A stretch of 64,000 nt of DNA from Heterodontus francisci (Eukaryota): the NCBI RefSeq assembly GCF_036365525.1, contig NC_090373.1:73051271-73115270 (forward strand), in the 5' to 3' direction. Position numbers and translations under genes: made by a program. The notes under the pieces were generated by a model that was not told where the DNA came from, did not search any database, and saw nothing but the letters and a program-made list of their open reading frames with translations. The first letter of the stretch is position 1. Every line of letters starts with the position of its first letter. Positions 1 to 12,574 of the stretch are shown here, piece by piece.

Positions 1-494
1 GGCCATTTAAGGGTCTCTTCCCACCGCCACTGGTATTTACCAGGGGCTGGTGGGAGCCCCACGATGTGGGGAGACCGCCCAGTAAAGCCAGGCGGCCTCC
101 CTGTGGGCTGGGGAGTGGGGGCTCATTCTACTTGGTCCCCTGTGCCAACAGCGTGCCCTGCCCTCAACAACCACCCACTCCCCCACCCCTCACTGGGGCC
201 TGCCTGACTGGTCCCCACTTACCTGCACTCCGGGGCTCCAGTGCTGCTCCTAGTCTCGGGCCTACTGTGGTACCAGCATTGGCCACCACTCCCAGTGGAG
301 CTGCTAAAACTGATGAGCTATCGGCCCGCTGATTGGCCGGCAGCTCTTGGAAGCAGGATCTCTGGCCTTAAAGGGCAGTTATCTACCTGAGTGCTGTAAA
401 ATTAAACCGAGGGCCCCCAAGTGGCCAAAGCGGTGTTCCCCTCACTTTTCTGACCCAGTGTCAAAATCCCCACTGCCTGCGTAAAACTCAGCCC
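1..494. mobile_element. Harbinger-type non-autonomous element (MITE), right part; left end outside window
   Basis: Ends in gtaaaactcagccc, the reverse complement of the gggctgaattttac TIR at 16811. The internal GC-rich sequence (ccatttaagggtctcttccc...) resembles 14120 and 22375. Confidence 0.7.
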
Positions 495-1236
495 ATTGTA
501 TCATGTTCTACCTTTAAAAAGTCAGTGTCCCTCCTGACAAATGCAAAGGAGGTAGTAGTACCCCAAAAAATGTGGGGAATGACCGACTTCCACATTGCTG
601 CTGTCAATGTGGCCATGGCAATGTTCACTGGAGCTTAGTGCTGGGCAACAGAGGAGGCCCTCAGTAAGCTTATTTATAATGGAAACTGGGGTACAACAAC
701 AATAGGACCCCCATTGCCATTTTTAGATTGAGTTGGGTGAAGGTGTACCGTGCAAGCTCCAAAGAACATCAGATGGTGCAGTCTTTCAAAAGAAGATCCA
801 GAAGGTGAGTTCTACTTCATTTCTGTGGGGCTGGGAGGAGTAGCAGTGCTCCTCCAGGCTTCACTCACCCAACCTGCAATGCTGCTAATACAGCTCCCCC
901 TGCAGACAACAATCCTCACTCCACCTTCCAAAACCCTCCATGAATCTATCTTCTTCTGGGCAAGAGGCCAGACCGGCAGCCTGATATTGCAGTGGCCAGG
1001 AGAGGGTGGGTTGTTCTGGTTGCTAAGTTTCCAGCCACATTGCGTTGACTTGAAAAAGATGAGGCCCAGTCCTCCAGATGAACTAGTGCTCCCAACGGGA
1101 ATATTGGGAAACCGACCAGTGCATTTTTGCTTTCTGACCCACACAACTCAGAAACTTTCTTCGTATGGCATAACACTGCAAAGTTAATAAAATGGCAAAA
1201 ATCTAAGATACAGAGTAATGGTATTTACCAGGATGT

Positions 1237-4200
1237 TAGCATAGTGGTAATGTTACTAGACTAATGCTCGAGACATGAGTTCAAATCTCACTACAGCAGC
1301 TGAGGGAATTTAAATTCAATTAATTCAATAAATTTGGAATGAAAAACTGCTGTCAGTAATGGTGACCATGAAATCACCGGATTGTCATAAAAACTTATCT
1401 GGTTCACTAATCTCCTTCAGGGAAGGAAATCTGTCACCGTCTGGCCTATATGTGACTCCAGACCCACAGCAATGTGGTCAACTCTTAACTGCCCTCTGAA
1501 ATGGCCTAGCCAGCCGCTCAGTTGTATCAATCCACTATGGAAAAGTCAAATAAGAATAAAACAGAATGGACCACTTGGCATTGACTTGGGCACAAGAAAC
1601 GACAAAGGCACACCATGCCCAGTTGACTCAGCAAAGTCCCCCTTACTAACGTCTGGGGATTAATGTCAAAATTGGGAGAGCTGTCCCACAGACTAGTTAG
1701 GCAACAGTCATACTCACAGAATCAGACCTTACAGCCAATGTCCCAGACTTCTCCATCAATATGCCTGGGTTTGCCCCTTCCCATCAGCAGGACAGAACAA
1801 TCAGAGGTAGCAGCAAAGCGGTATACAGTCGGGAGGAAGTGTCTCGAGAATCCTCTACATTGATTCCTGACCCTGTGAAGTTTCATGACATTAGGTCAAC
1901 ATGGGCAGGTAAACCTCTGCTGATTACCATCTACCACCCTCCCTCAACTGATGAATTAGTACTCCTCCACATTGAACACCATTTGGAAGAACCACTGAGG
2001 GTAGCAAGGGCACAGAATGTACTCTGAGTCACTCAATAGCACCACTACTGACCCAGCTCATTGAGTCCTAAAGGACATATCTGCCAAACTGGACCTGCGG
2101 AAGTAGTGAGAGAACCAACAAGAGGGAAAAACCTACTAGACCTTGTTCTCACCAATTTATCTGTCGCAGATGCATCTGCCCACAACACTATTAGTAGGAG
2201 TAAACACCACACAGTCCTTGTGGAAATGAAGTCCCTTCTTCACACTGAGGCCACCTTCCATTGTATTATGTAACACTACTCCCATGCTAAATGGGATAGA
2301 TTCAGAACAGATCTAGCAGCTCAAAACTGGGCATCCATGAGGCGGTGTGGGACATCAGCAGCATCAGAATTGTATTGAATCATAATCTGTAACCTCATGG
2401 CCGGGCATATAGCTCACTCTACCATTACCATCAAGCCAGGGTTCAATGAGGAGTGGAGGGCAGCATGCCAGGAGCTGCAGCAGGCATACCTAAAAATGAG
2501 GTACCAACCTGGTGAAGCTACAACACAGGACTACAAACATGTTAAACAGTGGAAGCAACATGCTAAGTGATCCCACAACCAACAGATCAGATCATAACTC
2601 TGAAGTCCTACCACATTCAGTTGTGAATGGTGATGGACAATTAAACAACTAACCAGAAGAGAATGATCCAGAACATCAGCATCCTGAATGATAACAGAGC
2701 CCAGCATGCCAGTGCAAAAGACAAGGCTGAAGCATTTGCAACCATCTTCAGTCACAAATACCAAGTGGATGATCCATCTCTGCCTCCTCCTGAGGTCCCC
2801 AGCATCACATATGCCAGTCTTCAGCCAATTTGATTCACTCCAGTTGATATCAAGAAACGACTGAGCACTCTGGATATAACAAAGGCTACAAACCCGATAA
2901 CATCCCGATTGTAGTGCTGAAGACTTGTGCCCCAGAACTAGCCACGCCCCTAGCCTAGCTAAGCTGTTCCAGTACAGCTACAACACTATTCTACCTGACA
3001 ATGTAGAAAGTTACCCAGTTATGTCCTGTCCACAAAAACCAGGACAAATCCAATCCAGCCAAATACCGCCCATCAGTCTACTCCCAATCATCAGGAAAGT
3101 GGTAGAGGTTGTCACAACGGTGTTATCAATTGACACTTACTCACCAATAACCTGCTTGCTGATGCTCATTTGGGTTCTGCCAGGATCACTCAGCTGCTGA
3201 ATTCATTATAGTCTTGGTGAAACATGGACAAAAGAGCTGAATGCCAGAGGTGAGGCGAGAGTGACTGCCCTTGACATCAAGGCAACATTTGACCAATTGT
3301 GGTACCAAGGAGCCCCAGTGAAATAGAAGTCAAGGGAAATCAGGGGAAAACTCTTCACTGGCTGGAGTCACACCTAGCACAAAGGAAGATAACTGTGGTT
3401 GTTTGAGGCCAATCATCTCAGCTCCAGGACATTGCAGCATGAGTTCCTCAGGGAACTGTCCGAGGCCCAACCATCTTCAACAATTTCATCAATGACCTTC
3501 TCTCCGTCATAAAATCAGGAGTGGGGATGTTTGCTGATAATTGTAGTGTTCAGTCCCATTCATAATTCTTCAGATAATGAAGCAGTCCATGCTTGCATGC
3601 AGCAAGACATGGACAACATTCAGGCTTGGGCTGATAAGTAGAAAGTCAAATTTGCATTGCACAGGTGCCAGTGAATGACCAGCTCCAACAAAAGATAATC
3701 TAGCCTTGGCATTCAATGGCATTTCCATTGCTGAATCCCCCACCATCAACATCCTGGGGGATATCATTGACAGAAACATAACTGGACCAGCCATATAAAA
3801 ATGTGGCTACAAGAGTAGGTCAGAGGTTGGGAATTCTACAGCGTAAATAACCTGCTGGCTGCCTACAGCTTGTCAACTCTGTACAAGGCACAAGTTAGGA
3901 GTGTTATGGAATACGCTCCACTTGCCTAGATGGGTGTAACTCAAGAAGCTCAACACTATCCAAGATAAAGCAGCCTGTTTAATTGACACCCCATCCATCA
4001 CCTTAAACATTTATTCCCTCCACTATCGGCACACCGTGGCAGCAGTATGTACCATTTACAAGATGCACTGCAGCAACTTGTCAAGACTCCTTCAAAAGCA
4101 CCTTCAAATTCTGCAACCTCTACCCTTTAGAAGAACAAGAGCAGCATCGGAGCACCACCACCTGCAAGTTCCTCTCCAAGTCAAATCATCCTGACTTGGA

Positions 4201-4275
4201 ACTATATCCTTGATGGTCGCTGGGTCAAAATCCTGGAGCTCCCTCCTTAACAGCACTGTGGGTGTACCCACATCA
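1237..4275 (+). mobile_element. Decayed CR1-group LINE (family B) with tRNA-derived SINE-like 5' head
   Basis: A-box-like tagcatagtgg at 1237 and B-box gagttcaaatc at 1277. Then fragmentary ORF2: KLGELSHRLV, KNLLDLVLTNL (endonuclease), LAKLFQYSYNT, FADN (RT). Many stops and frameshifts. Confidence 0.85.
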
Positions 4276-4928
4276 ATAATATGAAAATCAAGCCGGTTCA
4301 GGAAGGTCTGTGCAATCTTGCTTACTGATTTATTCTTTAGGAGGTGAAGACGAAATTCTCCTGCTATGTCTGGGAAAGTAAAGGGGAAGCTAGAGACCAG
4401 TGGGAAAAGAATCAAAAGAAACTAAGATCATAGAAGACAGAGAGGAAGTCAGTAATAAGAGATAATAAAGGCATATTATTGATCCTTATAGCAGAAATAA
4501 AGTGAACATAAATCACCATGTAGAAACAAATGACTTCATTTGGTTTCTACCTCTCTAGGAATTTTAACAGTTACTGTCCATTTGACTGTGATGCAATTAA
4601 AATTATTGGACAGCAAATCGTGAGCTGCTGCCCTCTGATTTCCCAATCTGTGATCGTTGTATATACTGCTCCTCGCTAGCAGTGTCCTGTTGTGGAATCA
4701 GTTCTATGAAGAGATGGATGAGAACTGCTCCATAGCTCAGGGAGGTCATTCAGTAAGTAACGGCCCATTAATGGCATGGCTTTAATTCCTAATATATGCT
4801 GAGTTAACTGATCATGATTGCAGCAATAATAGGGGTGCTACAACTTGCTTCATTGCCTTGGGTTTAGGGAAGGGAAAATTGTCCATTGTTGCCACTCCAG
4901 CATCACTATACAATGATTCCTACTAGAA

Positions 4929-5072
4929 TTTTTTTTCTTTCATGGGTTGTGAAAGTTGCTGGTAAGGCCAGCATTTTTTGTCCATCCCTAATTGTACCTT
5001 CTCAAGCAATTAGGGATGGGAAAAAAATGATGGCCTTTCCAGTGACACTCACATCCTATGAAAGAATAAAAA
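4929..5072. repeat. Head-to-head inverted pair of family-B LINE/SINE 3' tails
   Basis: ttctttcatgggttgtg...ccatccctaattg is the imperfect reverse complement of caattagggatggg...cacatcctatgaaagaa. Confidence 0.75.
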
Positions 5073-5616
5073 CAAATGCATGTATGCAATTATGAGGTCA
5101 GGTCAGGATCAGGTTGAACTCTGACTGCCCATCATAATCAATAGTCGTCTGACATTGCACATTAGCTTTTATGTTATTGAAGTTGTTTAGCCCTGAATGA
5201 TTTGTGGCAGGTTTTCGAGAGACTTAAGTGAAGTGCATTATTTACATTTAATTAGTATAGCTTCCAATGCAGATTTAAATGGGTGCAGGGAGTACACTAG
5301 TGGTGAGAGTGAAAAATTGCATGTAAGTGAAATTTTAAAAGATTGGGAACAATTAAAGGGGAGTGTCATGATTGAGTGACAGCAATTCTGAAAGCCTTTG
5401 GAGAGCCACAGAAAGCACTTCAATCAATTAGCAGCTTTTGCCAAGGCAACAAGGGTAAGAAAGGGTGAGCAAAACAAATGGAGAACTTACATTTATATAG
5501 TGTATTTTACATCTTCAGGAAGTCACAAACAACTTTACAATTGTTGAAATAAAAACAAGAAATGCTAGACATACTCAGCAGGTCTGGCAGCAGACCTGAA
5601 GCAGAGAGAGAAGCAG

Positions 5617-5654
5617 AGTTAACGTTTCAAGTCAGTGACCCTTCATCAGAACTG
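5617..5654 (-). ncRNA. Minimal type I hammerhead ribozyme motif
   Basis: Minus strand reads CAGUU-CUGAUGA-A-GGGUC-ACU-GACUU-GAAAC-GUU-AACU: both core boxes, helix II, palindromic AACGUU helix III, and helix I AGUU/AACU. Confidence 0.7.
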
Positions 5655-5786
5655 ACAAATATTAGAAATGTAAAAGGTTTTAAGCAAATAAAACAGGGGT
5701 GGGGCAAGAGATAACAAAATAGGTGTAGATAGGACAAGGTCACAGAGAATAACTGACCAGAAGGTCATAGAACAAAGGCAAATGGT

Positions 5787-6140
5787 TTAGTTTTTAGTTT
5801 TAGAGATACAGCACTGAAACAGGCCCTTCGGCCCACCGAGTCTGTGCCGACCATCAACCACCCATTTTATACTAATCCGACACTAATCCCACATTCCTAC
5901 CACATCCCCACCTGTCCCTATATTTCCCTACTACCTACCTATACTAGGGGCAATTTATAATGGCCAATTAACCTATCAACCTGCAAGTCTTTGGCATGTG
6001 GGAGGAAACCGGAGCACCCGGAGGAAACCCACGCAGACACAGGGAGAACTTGCAAACTCCACACAGGCAGTGCCCAGAATTGAACCTGGGTCAGTGGAGC
6101 TGTGAGGCTGCAGTGCTAACCACTGCGCCTCTGTGCCGCC
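5787..6140 (-). mobile_element. Full-length HE1-type V-SINE
   Basis: Minus strand: ggcggcacagaggcgcagtggttagc (A box), ggttcaattc (B box), V-domain gggtttcctccgggtgctccggtttcctcccaca, CR1-like tail gggccgaagggcctg. 8-bp TSD caaatggt at 5779-5786 and 6141-6148. Confidence 0.9.
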
Positions 6141-6974
6141 CAAATGGTATGTTAATAGTGTGGTGAAAGACAAAGCGTTAGTGCAGATAGCATGTTAATT
6201 GACTGTAAAATGAACAGCCCTCGCTCACTGACAAATATTAGAAATGTAAAAGGTTTTAAGCAAGTAAAGCAGGGGTGGGGCAAGAGATAACTAAGTAAGT
6301 AAAGCAATTGTTGAATTACTTTTGGAGCGTGATCAGTGTTCTTTTTATAGGAAAACATGGCAACCAATTTTCCATCATAGCGGCCAGCAGCAGATAGCCC
6401 TGGCCCTTTTGTCAAGATGCACACGAGTAATGGCTAGGTACAGAGTAACTGACTCCAATAGGATACTCCATGAAAAAGTCACCTTCTCTAAGGTAAGAAG
6501 GGAGGACATTTTGCATGAAAATATAAAGCAGATGTTGCTTAATCTTATAATAATTTACTACAATAATTTGATCTGATGCTAAAATACTAATACTTAGATA
6601 ACATCTAAAATGGTTACAACAGAACCCATTTGTTATACCTTTAGGTTAATTGCCTTCAGCTAGCCTTAATTTAGTATCAAGCATGTCTCGGTATTTTCAC
6701 AAAATGTCTATGTGAATAGGATCATGAATAATGTTCTTGATTACATTACAATCTAAAATGAGCTCTTAGTAGCTTCCCTGATTACACCAACTGAACCTAT
6801 AAATAGGGCCATTATTGTAAATTCCAACGTGAATTGTTTCAAGGAGAATGTTGCCAGAGGAGGCTCTGTACTTTTAATATTAAGTACCTTTCTCTTCCTT
6901 TCATATAATAATTTTGCTGGTTGTGGACAGTCATCTTATGTTAAAAGGCTGATCTGCTGCTGATAGATCAGCAT

Positions 6975-8045
6975 TTAGAATCATAGAAAGTTTAAGGCAC
7001 AGAAAGAGGCCACTTGGCCCATTGTGTCTGTGCCAGCTGAAAAATGATCCACCTATTCTAATCCCACCTTCCAGCATTTGGTCCGTAGCCCTGCAGATTA
7101 AAGGCCTGCTCGGGTATACAATTTAAACCCGACCCGGGCCCAACCCAGCCACATCTAATCCGATCTCGACCCGGGCCCGAGCCCTTTGTTTTTTTCCCGC
7201 ACCTGACCTGGCCCGACCCGACTCAACTACCGGAAATTAATGACGCTTACTTTTATTCTTACTTCTCTTTCCCACCCTGACCAAAAGGCAGCACTGCCAT
7301 TGTGTCCGACCCATCCCGAATCCAAATGCTGGTCCTGGAAGAGCGACCTGACCCGAACCTGAAACATATCGTCGGCTCCTGTCAGGTTCGGGTCGGGTAG
7401 CCATGCTCTCCTACAGATTATGGCACTTGAGGTGCATATCCAGACTCCTTTTGAATGAGTTGAGGATTTCTGCCTCAACTACCCTTTCAGGCAGTGAGTT
7501 CCAGACCATCACCACCCTCTGGGTGAAAAACGTTTTCCTCATCTCCCATCTAATTTTCCTACCAATCACTTTAAATCTATGCCCCCTCATCACTGACCTC
7601 TCTGCTAATGTGAATAGACCCTTCACCCCTTCCACTCTATCCAGGCCTCTCAAAATGTTGTGCATTTCAATCAGATCTCCCCTCAGCCTTCTCTGTTCCA
7701 ACGAGAACAACCCCAGCCTATCCAATCTTTCCTCAAAGCTGCATTTTTCCAGTCCTGGCAACATCCTCGTAAATCTCCTCTGTACACCCTCTAGTGCAAT
7801 TACATCCTTTCTGTAATGAGGTGACTAGAACTGCACACAGTACTCAAGTTGTGGCCTAACCAATGATTTATACAGTTCCAGCATTACCTCCCTGCTCTTA
7901 TATTCTATACATCAGCTAATAAAGGAAAGGATTCCATATGCCTTCTTAACTACCTTATCAACCTGTCCTGCTACCTTCAGAGATCTGTGGACATTCACTC
8001 CAAGGTTCCTCTACACTTCTCAGTATTTTCCCATTAATCATGTAT
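6975..8045 (-). mobile_element. 5'-truncated CR1 LINE (family A, HER1-like), interrupted by a hAT MITE
   Basis: ORF 7411..7764 (LFSLEQRRLRGDLIE...FFTQRVV) is a CR1 ORF2 C-terminus. 3' tail near 6975. Confidence 0.9.
7099..7410. mobile_element. hAT-type MITE with ACCCG(A) subterminal repeats
   Basis: 8-bp near-TSD ctgcagat (7091-7098) / ctacagat (7411-7418). Many acccga/tcgggt motifs. Removing it restores the CR1 sequence. Confidence 0.75.
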
Positions 8046-8774
8046 TTAGCGTTAGGTGATGAATTCCGTACATGAAAATCATTGTTACAATTCAAGCTGT
8101 TTCCTAACACTCTTTCTTTATGCTCACTGGATCAAGGCAGCTTTCACAAGTAGGCCCATACCACCTCTGAGCCAAACCTTATGAATTTATGTAGAGTACA
8201 TAGTGTGCTTCAGTAGTAACTGTTACCCTTTTTACCAGGATAATACAGGAAGAAGCACAGGTTACCCATTATGTTCTACCGTCTTATTTGCTAGAAAAAC
8301 ATCACACTGTCAGTCCCTTTCATTCAGACTAAAACTAGGACTGGAATTTCTTACAAGATTTAAATGTAAAATTGAAAGAAAACATATTGAAACTAGTGCT
8401 GTTAATATTTACAAGAACAATGTAGAATTACATAAATTCACCAGAATTTACATGAATTTGTTGATTTCCCATGGAATTGCCCATGGGAATTCAACATCAA
8501 GTCTAGTTTTCAGGTGAATTGCAGTTAGACGCCCAGGAATAATTAGACTAGAGTGTTCCATTGTAATTTAGGCCCTGGTTTAAAATGATGCATTTTGCCC
8601 TTATTTATGTTTCCCTATCCACCTTAACAGAAACAGCCTCTATAAACTTCTCATGCTGTAATTACACCCTCCCATCAGTGGTGATGTTAAAGTGCTTCCA
8701 CAGATAGAGGTATGATTACAAAATTACAGCTTTTGATAGTCAGTTTCCATTATAATATAGGACACTGGCATTAA

Positions 8775-8890
8775 TAGTCATTGACAGCAAAACAGTGACT
8801 ATACTTCGAAAGTACCTCATTGGTTTTAAAGTGCTTTGGAACACCCTGAGGTTGTGAAAAGCACGACATAAATGTAAGTCTTTTATTTTT
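8775..8890 (+). mobile_element. 3' end of an L2-tailed SINE (SacSINE1/DeuSINE-like)
   Basis: aagtacctcattggttttaaagtgctttggaacaccctgaggttgtgaaaagcacgacataaatgtaagtc; reverse-strand copies at 10350, 28590 and 42212. Confidence 0.6.
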
Positions 8891-9244
8891 CTCATGGTAG
8901 TTGACATAGACCTAGTTTTTAAATATATTACGTATCTTTTTTATAGCTCAATAAACTCCAAAATCTTCTTATATGATATTTGTATGCGAAAGCATTGCCT
9001 TCTTGTCTTTCCCAGAATCCAGTGTTGCTTTAGGCTCAAGTAGAACTGAATTGAAAAAATGGACAATAGCCCATAGAATAAACCCATCCTGAGAATCTTC
9101 TGAACACAAGGCTGTCAATCAACCAGTGTCTTTGCTTCTATAAATGAGCCCTTTTTGTCTTTAATCAGGGCAACAATTAGAATATTAGTTATTTCTGTTA
9201 TCTGGCGACAGGACACCCATTTCAATATGTAAATAAATTATAAT

Positions 9245-9866
9245 TAATGTATTAATTGCACTTATGCTCCCGCTGTCTGCCCCGGTGCGGTCTGAGTGCC
9301 GCAGGCCGGCACTCCCGCGCCTTCTGATCTCCGTCCGGGGAACCGAGGCAAAACACTGGTGGGGAGGGGGGAGGAGGTAAGTTTCTCAGTGTGTGGGCGG
9401 GGAGCGGGGTCAAAGTAATACGGGATGATGGGAAGGGTTATAGTTTAAAGTTTATACACTTTGTGGGGGGGGAATCAGGTGGACGAGGTATGTGTTTTGA
9501 GGGGGGAGAGGGCAAGTAATTAATTCTATAGTTATTGGGGGGGTGGGAGAAGGACAAAATAAATGTTTTAATTTTTTTTATTCAATATCTCTTTAAATAT
9601 TTAAATTGAACAGTAGGGCTCGAAGCCCTTTAAAAATGGCATCAGCTCCTGTGTATAAGCAGCTGACACCATTGCCGGGAACAGACAGCCCGGTTCCTCC
9701 ACGTCATTGGAGGGGGGGGGGGAGGGGGGCGGTGATCCACCCAGCTATTTAAATGAGCCGCCACATTGAAGATTGTGGCGTCTCTGTGATGTGCGGCCTG
9801 CACAGGCGAGCCACCATTGTTTCCGCCCACTGCCAAATTCAGCAGCGGGAATATAAATTTCAGCCC
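9245..9866. mobile_element. Harbinger-type non-autonomous element, one terminus visible
   Basis: GC-rich stretch ending in ataaatttcagccc, the same TIR class as 16811. Confidence 0.6.
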
Positions 9867-9871
9867 GAGGT

Positions 9872-10125
9872 TTTCGGCCTCTACCACCCATTAGGCAGTG
9901 GGTTCCAGAACCCCACCATGCTCTGGGTGAAAACAATTTTCCTCATCTCCCCTGTAACCTATGCCCTAGTCACTGACCCCTCTGCTAAGGTAAGTAGGTC
10001 CTACCCATCTACTCTATCCAGGCCCCTCACAATCTTGTGCATGTCAATCAAATCTCGCCTCAGCCTTCTTTGTTTCAAGGAGAACAACCCCAGCCTATCC
10101 AATCTTTCCTCATAGCTACAATTTT
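9872..10125 (-). mobile_element. CR1 ORF2 3' fragment
   Basis: Similar to 7470-7745 (gagaacaaccccagcctatccaatctt). Confidence 0.8.
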
Positions 10126-10349
10126 AGACTCCTAACCCAATAGGTTTCATTTTTAAATTTATAATATTTAGTCTAATTAAAAATTCATAGCAAAAGCTGT
10201 AATAGACAAAGGTTGCAGTTTGATGCAAAATAAAGCCCTGCTTCCATCATGTTTAATATAGTTTTCATTTCTAAAATCATTGTTTGGGAGTTACAATTAT
10301 TTACATAAGCCAAAAATAGGGAAACATAAACTAGCAATGCCTTAAAAAA

Positions 10350-10630
10350 GAATTAAAGAATTTGCATCCTCAGGTGTCTCTAAGTGCTTCACAGATAAAT
10401 ACTTTTAAAGAATAGTCACTGTTATAATGTAGGCAAACAAAGCAAACAATTTGTGTTCAACAAGGTCACACAAATAATAATGAGATAAATAACCACTGTT
10501 TTGAAGGTGTTGGCTGAGGAATAAATATTGGCCAGGACACTGGGACAGCTGCATTGTTCATCTTTAAGTGGTGCCATGAGATATTTTACATGCTGCTCAA
10601 CAACCAAACAGGGCTTCCTTTGGTTTTCAT
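10350..10630 (-). mobile_element. L2-tailed SINE fragment
   Basis: gaatttgcat...agtcactgttataatgtaggcaaac...ataaatattggccaggacactggg; same family as 42212 and 28590. Confidence 0.6.
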
Positions 10631-11185
10631 TCTTGGAATTTGTATAGGTTGGTATTAAAAATAAGATAGATAGTCCCAATGTCCGACCATTCCACATTTT
10701 GTGCATTGTACAGAATTCTAATGCAGGATTACACAGGTGTATGATATGTCTACCAGTTTCAAATTTAATATTGAAATGGAGTTCCCCATGATGTCATTTA
10801 GATGGAAGTATAATTTCCGTGCTTCCACTCACATAATGTTGCTTCCTTTTCCTGACAGTTGAAAGTGGGCATCTAGGCACAGATGTATACCAAAGTATAT
10901 TTGATTTTCCATTTACTTGAGTCTGTCTGTAGCACATTCTTTTCTCCAACCAAAAAAGCATACAGCAAACCTGGTCACAGTAATTACATGTATTCCAAGT
11001 TTATTACAGTTTACAAGCACTGTCTGAGATGAATGTCAATTTGTCTTTTCTTTCACTTTGTTTCCATTTTACACCTCCCTATGTGGCATGGAAGCTTCCA
11101 TGAGGGAAATTTTGGGTGTACATCCAGAGCACTGTACTACTGTGACATACTTCAATTATATGCTTTCCTAATCCAGGGCACAATA

Positions 11186-11462
11186 ACATAGTGGTTATGT
11201 TACTACACTAGTAATCCAAGGACCTGGGCTAATAATCCAAAGAATTTGAGTTTAAATCCCGCCATGCTAGTGGAGAATTTCAACTCAGTTAAAATATCTG
11301 GAAATAAAAAAGTGCTTTGAGTAAAAGTGACCATGAAGTTGTAAAAACCCAGTTGATTCACTAATGTCCCTTTAGGAAAGAAACCTACTGTTCATACCCA
11401 GTCCCACACTAATATTTAACTGCCCTCAGAGGTAACATCACAAGTCATACAGTTGTATCAAA
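11186..11462 (+). mobile_element. tRNA-derived head of family B, ending at the long-form junction
   Basis: Homologous to 1237-1530, including the terminal cagttgtatcaa. Confidence 0.7.
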
Positions 11463-12574
11463 TGTCCCAAGAATTAATTAAAATGGTAATTAATATTGGT
11501 ATGAAGGAATTAGTTGTATCCGACCAGAGATAGTCACCCTCACCTACAGAAAGCTGTTGATGAGTCACCCTCAATTATTATTCTGATAGTTGACTCAGAA
11601 TTAACTGTTAATACTAAAAAGATCAAAAGGTATATTTAAAAACCTATCTACTGCAGATAGTCATTATCTGATCGCATAACACACCTACAAAGGGGTTCAT
11701 GCCATCACATAATTTAACAGTTATACACTGAATCAGATAACAGCACCCTTTGGTTTAAATGGAGATGTAACGGAGGAGGATTTCCTTTGTGTGCTATGAT
11801 TTAGAGAATCATAAACAGGATTAGAATTTTGTTACACATAACATACAGAGAAAATCCTCCCTCTACACGATGGATGCTACAATTATGCTGCACTGCTGGT
11901 TTGGGATTGATGATTATAAAATGTGAAATACAATTTCCAAATTTAAAGTCATCCCATGTCTACATCTGGCTGTGACCCATACGCTGTCTGCCATAGAAGA
12001 GGTATGCACATGTGCAGGGTTCCACTCCATGACAGGTATGTTTTAATATTGGGAGAGTGTGGATGGCAGTGTCTGCTTTCTCATAACAAAATGATTCAAT
12101 ACTAATATTATAAAATGCCCAAGAGGTTCAGCAGATCACTTGAGCTATTCTCCTGCAGAATGGAAAAATTGATTGAACCCCAGAAAAAAGGCAAAAGTGG
12201 CTGAAAATTATCATTTACATCAATTGTCCAGAGGCATCACTGATTTCCTGCCAAAGTTATGGCAGGAGGCCATAATAACCCTCAAGAAAACGGGCCGGGC
12301 GCATTGAGCTTCATAGAACCAAGGGCAGGATTGTTCCAGTATTTAGTTAGTTAGTAGATCTAAACCCTGTATCATGGAAACAATTACTCTCACATTAATT
12401 AACTATGCAATCAGATGTATTTATATGGATCAGTTAATCAACTATATTAAGCAAAATTAAGAGCTAACATTGTCTAATTTTTTAAGGAGCTTCCAGAATT
12501 TTTTTTTCCTACCAGAACATTCTAGACCATTCTAAACTAAAACAAAACAAACTTTGTTAAAAATAATCAAAATA

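Larger units (their letters stand above)
5545..6292 (-). mobile_element. Penelope-like terminal repeat fragment, interrupted by an HE1 SINE, with a short internal duplication
   Basis: Contains tactcagcaggtctggcagca...gcagagttaacgtttc, also at 20135, 23905, 44580 and 59420. Segment actgacaaatattagaaatg...caagagataac occurs at 5651 and again at 6227. Confidence 0.6.

Noticed and set aside
560-1187. 145-aa ORF 750..1187 as a host gene
   Set aside because: Non-ATG start and no motif; probably decayed transposon sequence, but not assignable.
6060-6140. tRNA gene
   Set aside because: The A and B boxes belong to the HE1 SINE head; there is no complete cloverleaf and it runs into the V-domain.
12150-12182. 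AEWKN*LNP resembling GXYLT AEWKKLFKP
   Set aside because: Very short, contains a stop, and the flanks do not continue the similarity.
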